Shown here piece by piece: positions 60,701-64,000 of a stretch of 64,000 bases of DNA. The notes under the pieces are model-generated. The model saw nothing but the letters and a program-made list of their open reading frames with translations, was not told the DNA's origin and did no database searches. Every line of letters begins with the position of its first letter. The first letter of the stretch is position 1. Source of the stretch: Lama guanicoe (Eukaryota); the NCBI GenBank assembly GCA_013239625.1, contig MU054116.1, positions 145,890 to 209,889 of the forward strand, given 5' to 3'. The position numbers were made by a program, and so were the translations under genes.

Positions 60701-62229
60701 GGAAATTTGAAAAAGTATGAGGGAAAAAATGAATAAAAATGTTGCCCTTTTAATCTTGGTTTCCTTTGTCTTAGTCTGTACATGTTTTTAGATTATATTA
60801 GCAATTTCAGCCAATTTGGGGTCTCCTTCCATGCTATTATTTCGTGTTAGAAATTTTATTCTACAAACTTGTTCTTTTATCAGTTTCAGAAATGCAGTAT
60901 TTTAAATGTGACATTTTCCATAGATCATATTGTATGAAACAAATGTTTTCAATAAAGCTCTGTATGAAGTTGCATGTTAGACACAGTTCTAAAACCTGGC
61001 ATAAAAATTGAATGTTTGTAGCTGTAATCATATTTTTAGAACAAAAATGACTCTTTGAAAGACCACAGAATCAATTATTTACTCAAGAAAATAGTTCAGT
61101 TATAATAAATACCACATTATGCTCTTGAGAATATTATGTTTCAAAGTGTCACTTTTTTTCATGTGTGAGCAGACTGCACACATTAAGTTGAAGATATAAT
61201 TTATAATAATTTATTTTATAAGATACTTTTTTACTTAGTAAAATAAGAATAAATTTTGATCCTTGTATATGGGATGAATAAGAAAAAATAGTAACCAAAG
61301 TCTATATAACCCTAATTGAAAATATTTTTAATTAAAATTCTAAATTTGAATGTCTGAAAGAGATATTATCTACCTATGCCCATGAATTGAATTATAATGT
61401 AAGAAATTACTCTACTGCCTTACTTCAAAGACTGAAGTACTCCTTTCACAGAATTTTCCTGATTGAATAAAGGTATTTTCTCCATCTAAAACATTCCTGA
61501 TTTGAATGTAATCATTATCTTCCCATATAATGCTAAACTGCACTTTAATACTCTATTCTAGTTAATTGAGCCTTTGGTGGTGTAACTGGTAATGACAGCA
61601 ATACAGCTAAATCTCAGAAACATCAGTGGAGTCAGCAGAGTTTCTTGCTGTTAACCAAGTTGATTTTAACATAAAGTATTGCTATACTCTGAACAAAAGA
61701 AATGTGGGGAGGGAAATGTGAGTACATTAGTACAAGTTCCCTAAGATAAATAGTAATGTTTGCCACTTATTGAAGGAAAAATCAAATGAATGCCAGATGT
61801 CAAATTCAGAACATTTGCAAGAGATAAGATGCTGGATTTTTCCTAAAATCCAGTAGAAAATTGATTTATGTAACACATATAATTACTTGCTTTTAACTTC
61901 TATTATTTGCTTTTATAGTATAATCTCCTATACATTTCTTTGGAAGTGTGAATTGGTTTATAGAAGTGTCTGAGAGTAGGGAAAGTATTTCTCAAACTGC
62001 TTCAGTTCAATCTCTTGGAAACCTAGTATGTGAAACTGACAAATTTGGCTCTACTAATAGAACAAAAATGAAAGCATGTAGGGTGACATGAGCTTGAAAA
62101 TATGTTCCATACTTTAACCCTATGTCTTAGTCAATAATGAAGATAAGATGAAAACTATTTCTCAAGAATCAACAAACATATGACTTACTGTAGAGTACCT
62201 GTCAAAATCCAAGCTCTAAATTTTAGTGT

Positions 62230-62702
62230 TGTGGACAAAGAATGTCACCTGACATTTCAGTAAACAAAAGATGTTGCGGCCATCAAGCCATCAGCCATTG
62301 TAGCCACCACAAAAAGTGTACCCAAAAGAGAATTTAGGATGGATAAAACAGGATACTGGCCCTAGACAGTTAAGGTGCATGTCAAAGGAATAATTTCAGT
62401 GCACCCAGACTCTTGCATCTTCCCATTCACAAAAGGCACTGAAATGATTAACTTGAGATGTCTGCTTTTTGTGATTAGCAGTAATCCTTGATTACTGAAC
62501 AGATACATGTTTGGGGGGGGTGTTTGTTTCTTTGTTTGTTTTGCCAGAAACTCCTATATATCCTGGCTTCTCCCTTACCTCTTTGGAACAGTTCCTCAGA
62601 GCTATCTGAGAGGCTGTATCCTAGGATTATAGTCCTCAGTAAAGCCACTGAATAAAGCATAATTCTCAATTTTAAGTTGTGCTTTTTTTTTTCCAGTCAA
62701 CA
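62230..62702 (+). mobile_element. ERV1-like solo LTR
   Basis: TG...CA ends, TATA-like 'cctatatat', AATAAA at ~62651, near-TSD GTGT/ATGT. Confidence 0.75.
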
Positions 62703-63087
62703 ATGTATTTATACCTAGCTGCTCTGAGGAAAAATAGCTAACATTCTTGGCTACATCCTAAAATTATTCCAAGATTGATTACTAAAATCATCATGAGAAA
62801 AGAGGAAGATACTTATATTCATGTTTTTCTTAGAGATTACGACACAATTTGGTTTAAAAAATAGCTATCCAAGCTCTGCTTAAAACTAGGAGGTTAGGAC
62901 AAATATGCACTTTATAGCAAGTAGATCTGAATGTTGTACTGTCAACCAAACATTTTCACATATAGTAATATTGGAAGTAGTGCTATAATGGAAGATATAA
63001 TGCAATATTTATTCCAAGATCACTCTGTATTTGCAGTCAAATAGTTGATTAATCCTGCAAATAAAAATGTGACATAGATACTACATA

Positions 63088-63720
63088 TGTAACCAAGCAG
63101 TACCCTGCAGAGCCTTCCTGGGACAGAGTCTTCTCCCCATGCCCTCTGCCTGCCTCTTCTTTGTAGAGAAGCTATAGTCTCCCTGCTTCCCCTGAGTCAC
63201 AAAAGCTCAAGAATTAATGATTGAAAGGATATGAACATGTAGTGACAAAAACAGCAGTTGTGTCAGGAACACTGGTAAGAATTTAAGCAGTAAATCAGCC
63301 CTATGGCAGTCACAGAATCTCCTCTTCCTCCCTGAAGTACCTAGGGAACAGTATCTGATACACATTTCCTGAGTTGTTTACAGATGCTAAAATTCCCACC
63401 AAATGGAAGAAATTAACTACCTGATGATCATGAGCACAGAGCCCCCAGACCTACAGAGCCTGAGGATTGATAATGTTAACCCACTCTGCTACCTCACCAT
63501 CAGCCAATCAGAGAACTGTACACAGGCTGATCACACACCTTGCAACTCCTCCCCTTACCTTGCCTTTTAAAAAAATGCTTCCCTGAACCCATCAGGTATT
63601 TGGCTCTTTTGAGCATGAGCCTCCCAGTTCTCCTTGCTGGGCCCTGCAATCAACCTTTCTCCACTCAAAACTCCGACACTTCAGCTGTGCATCAGGCACA
63701 TGAATGTGGGTCCGACGGCA
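63088..63720 (+). mobile_element. ERV1-like solo LTR
   Basis: Starts 'tgtaaccaag', CCAAT ('agccaatca'), TATA-like 'ttttaaaa', ends near 'gtccgacggca'. Confidence 0.7.
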
Positions 63721-64000
63721 TACTGAGGTAGACACTTACACCTAAAGCAGTCCAAGCTTTAGTCCAATTTACTCATTAGTAAATAATGGACACATTCTTG
63801 AAACTTACTGAAAATATAGTCACTATTAAGTTTTGCATCTGTATCTATTATATCGAGCCATTTCTTAACAGGTAGAACCATGAAACCACTTTCTGAATCC
63901 ATTCTAACGGAAGACACTAACCTGTAGAAGTAAATGATGTGGATTCTTTGGCACTAATTGGGGCCCAATCATTCATGTTAGCTGTAAGCAATTCTGGCAG

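Noticed and set aside
1..64000. CRISPR arrays, rRNA genes or prokaryotic systems
   Set aside because: The sequence is mammalian; no regularly spaced repeats or rRNA-like sequence seen.

Overview
AT-rich mammalian DNA, probably a camelid (inferred from Vic-1-type tRNA-derived SINEs and camelid-like L1 3' ends). The window holds part of an OR6C-family olfactory receptor cluster: five + strand paralogues, three intact (440, 38292, 50169) and two frameshifted pseudogenes (14609, 59763). The intergenic DNA is mostly L1, LTR, SINE, L2 and MIR debris. The standout is a decayed, env-less class I endogenous retrovirus on the minus strand (~23985-31275, tRNA-Ile primer site, gag-pro-pol). Its gag is interrupted by ~1.6 kb of captured host sequence: the 5'UTR, coding exon 1 and unspliced start of intron 1 of AKIRIN2, ending in an intronic AATAAA plus an A-tract. 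The insert is in viral sense, has no target-site duplication and still forms a dense CpG island. Also present: several locally templated insertions, a near-identical tandem duplication of the 3' LTR, a 3'UTR-like retrocopy and a paralogous non-coding block upstream of three ORs. Repeat family names and most repeat boundaries are from visual recognition and are approximate.
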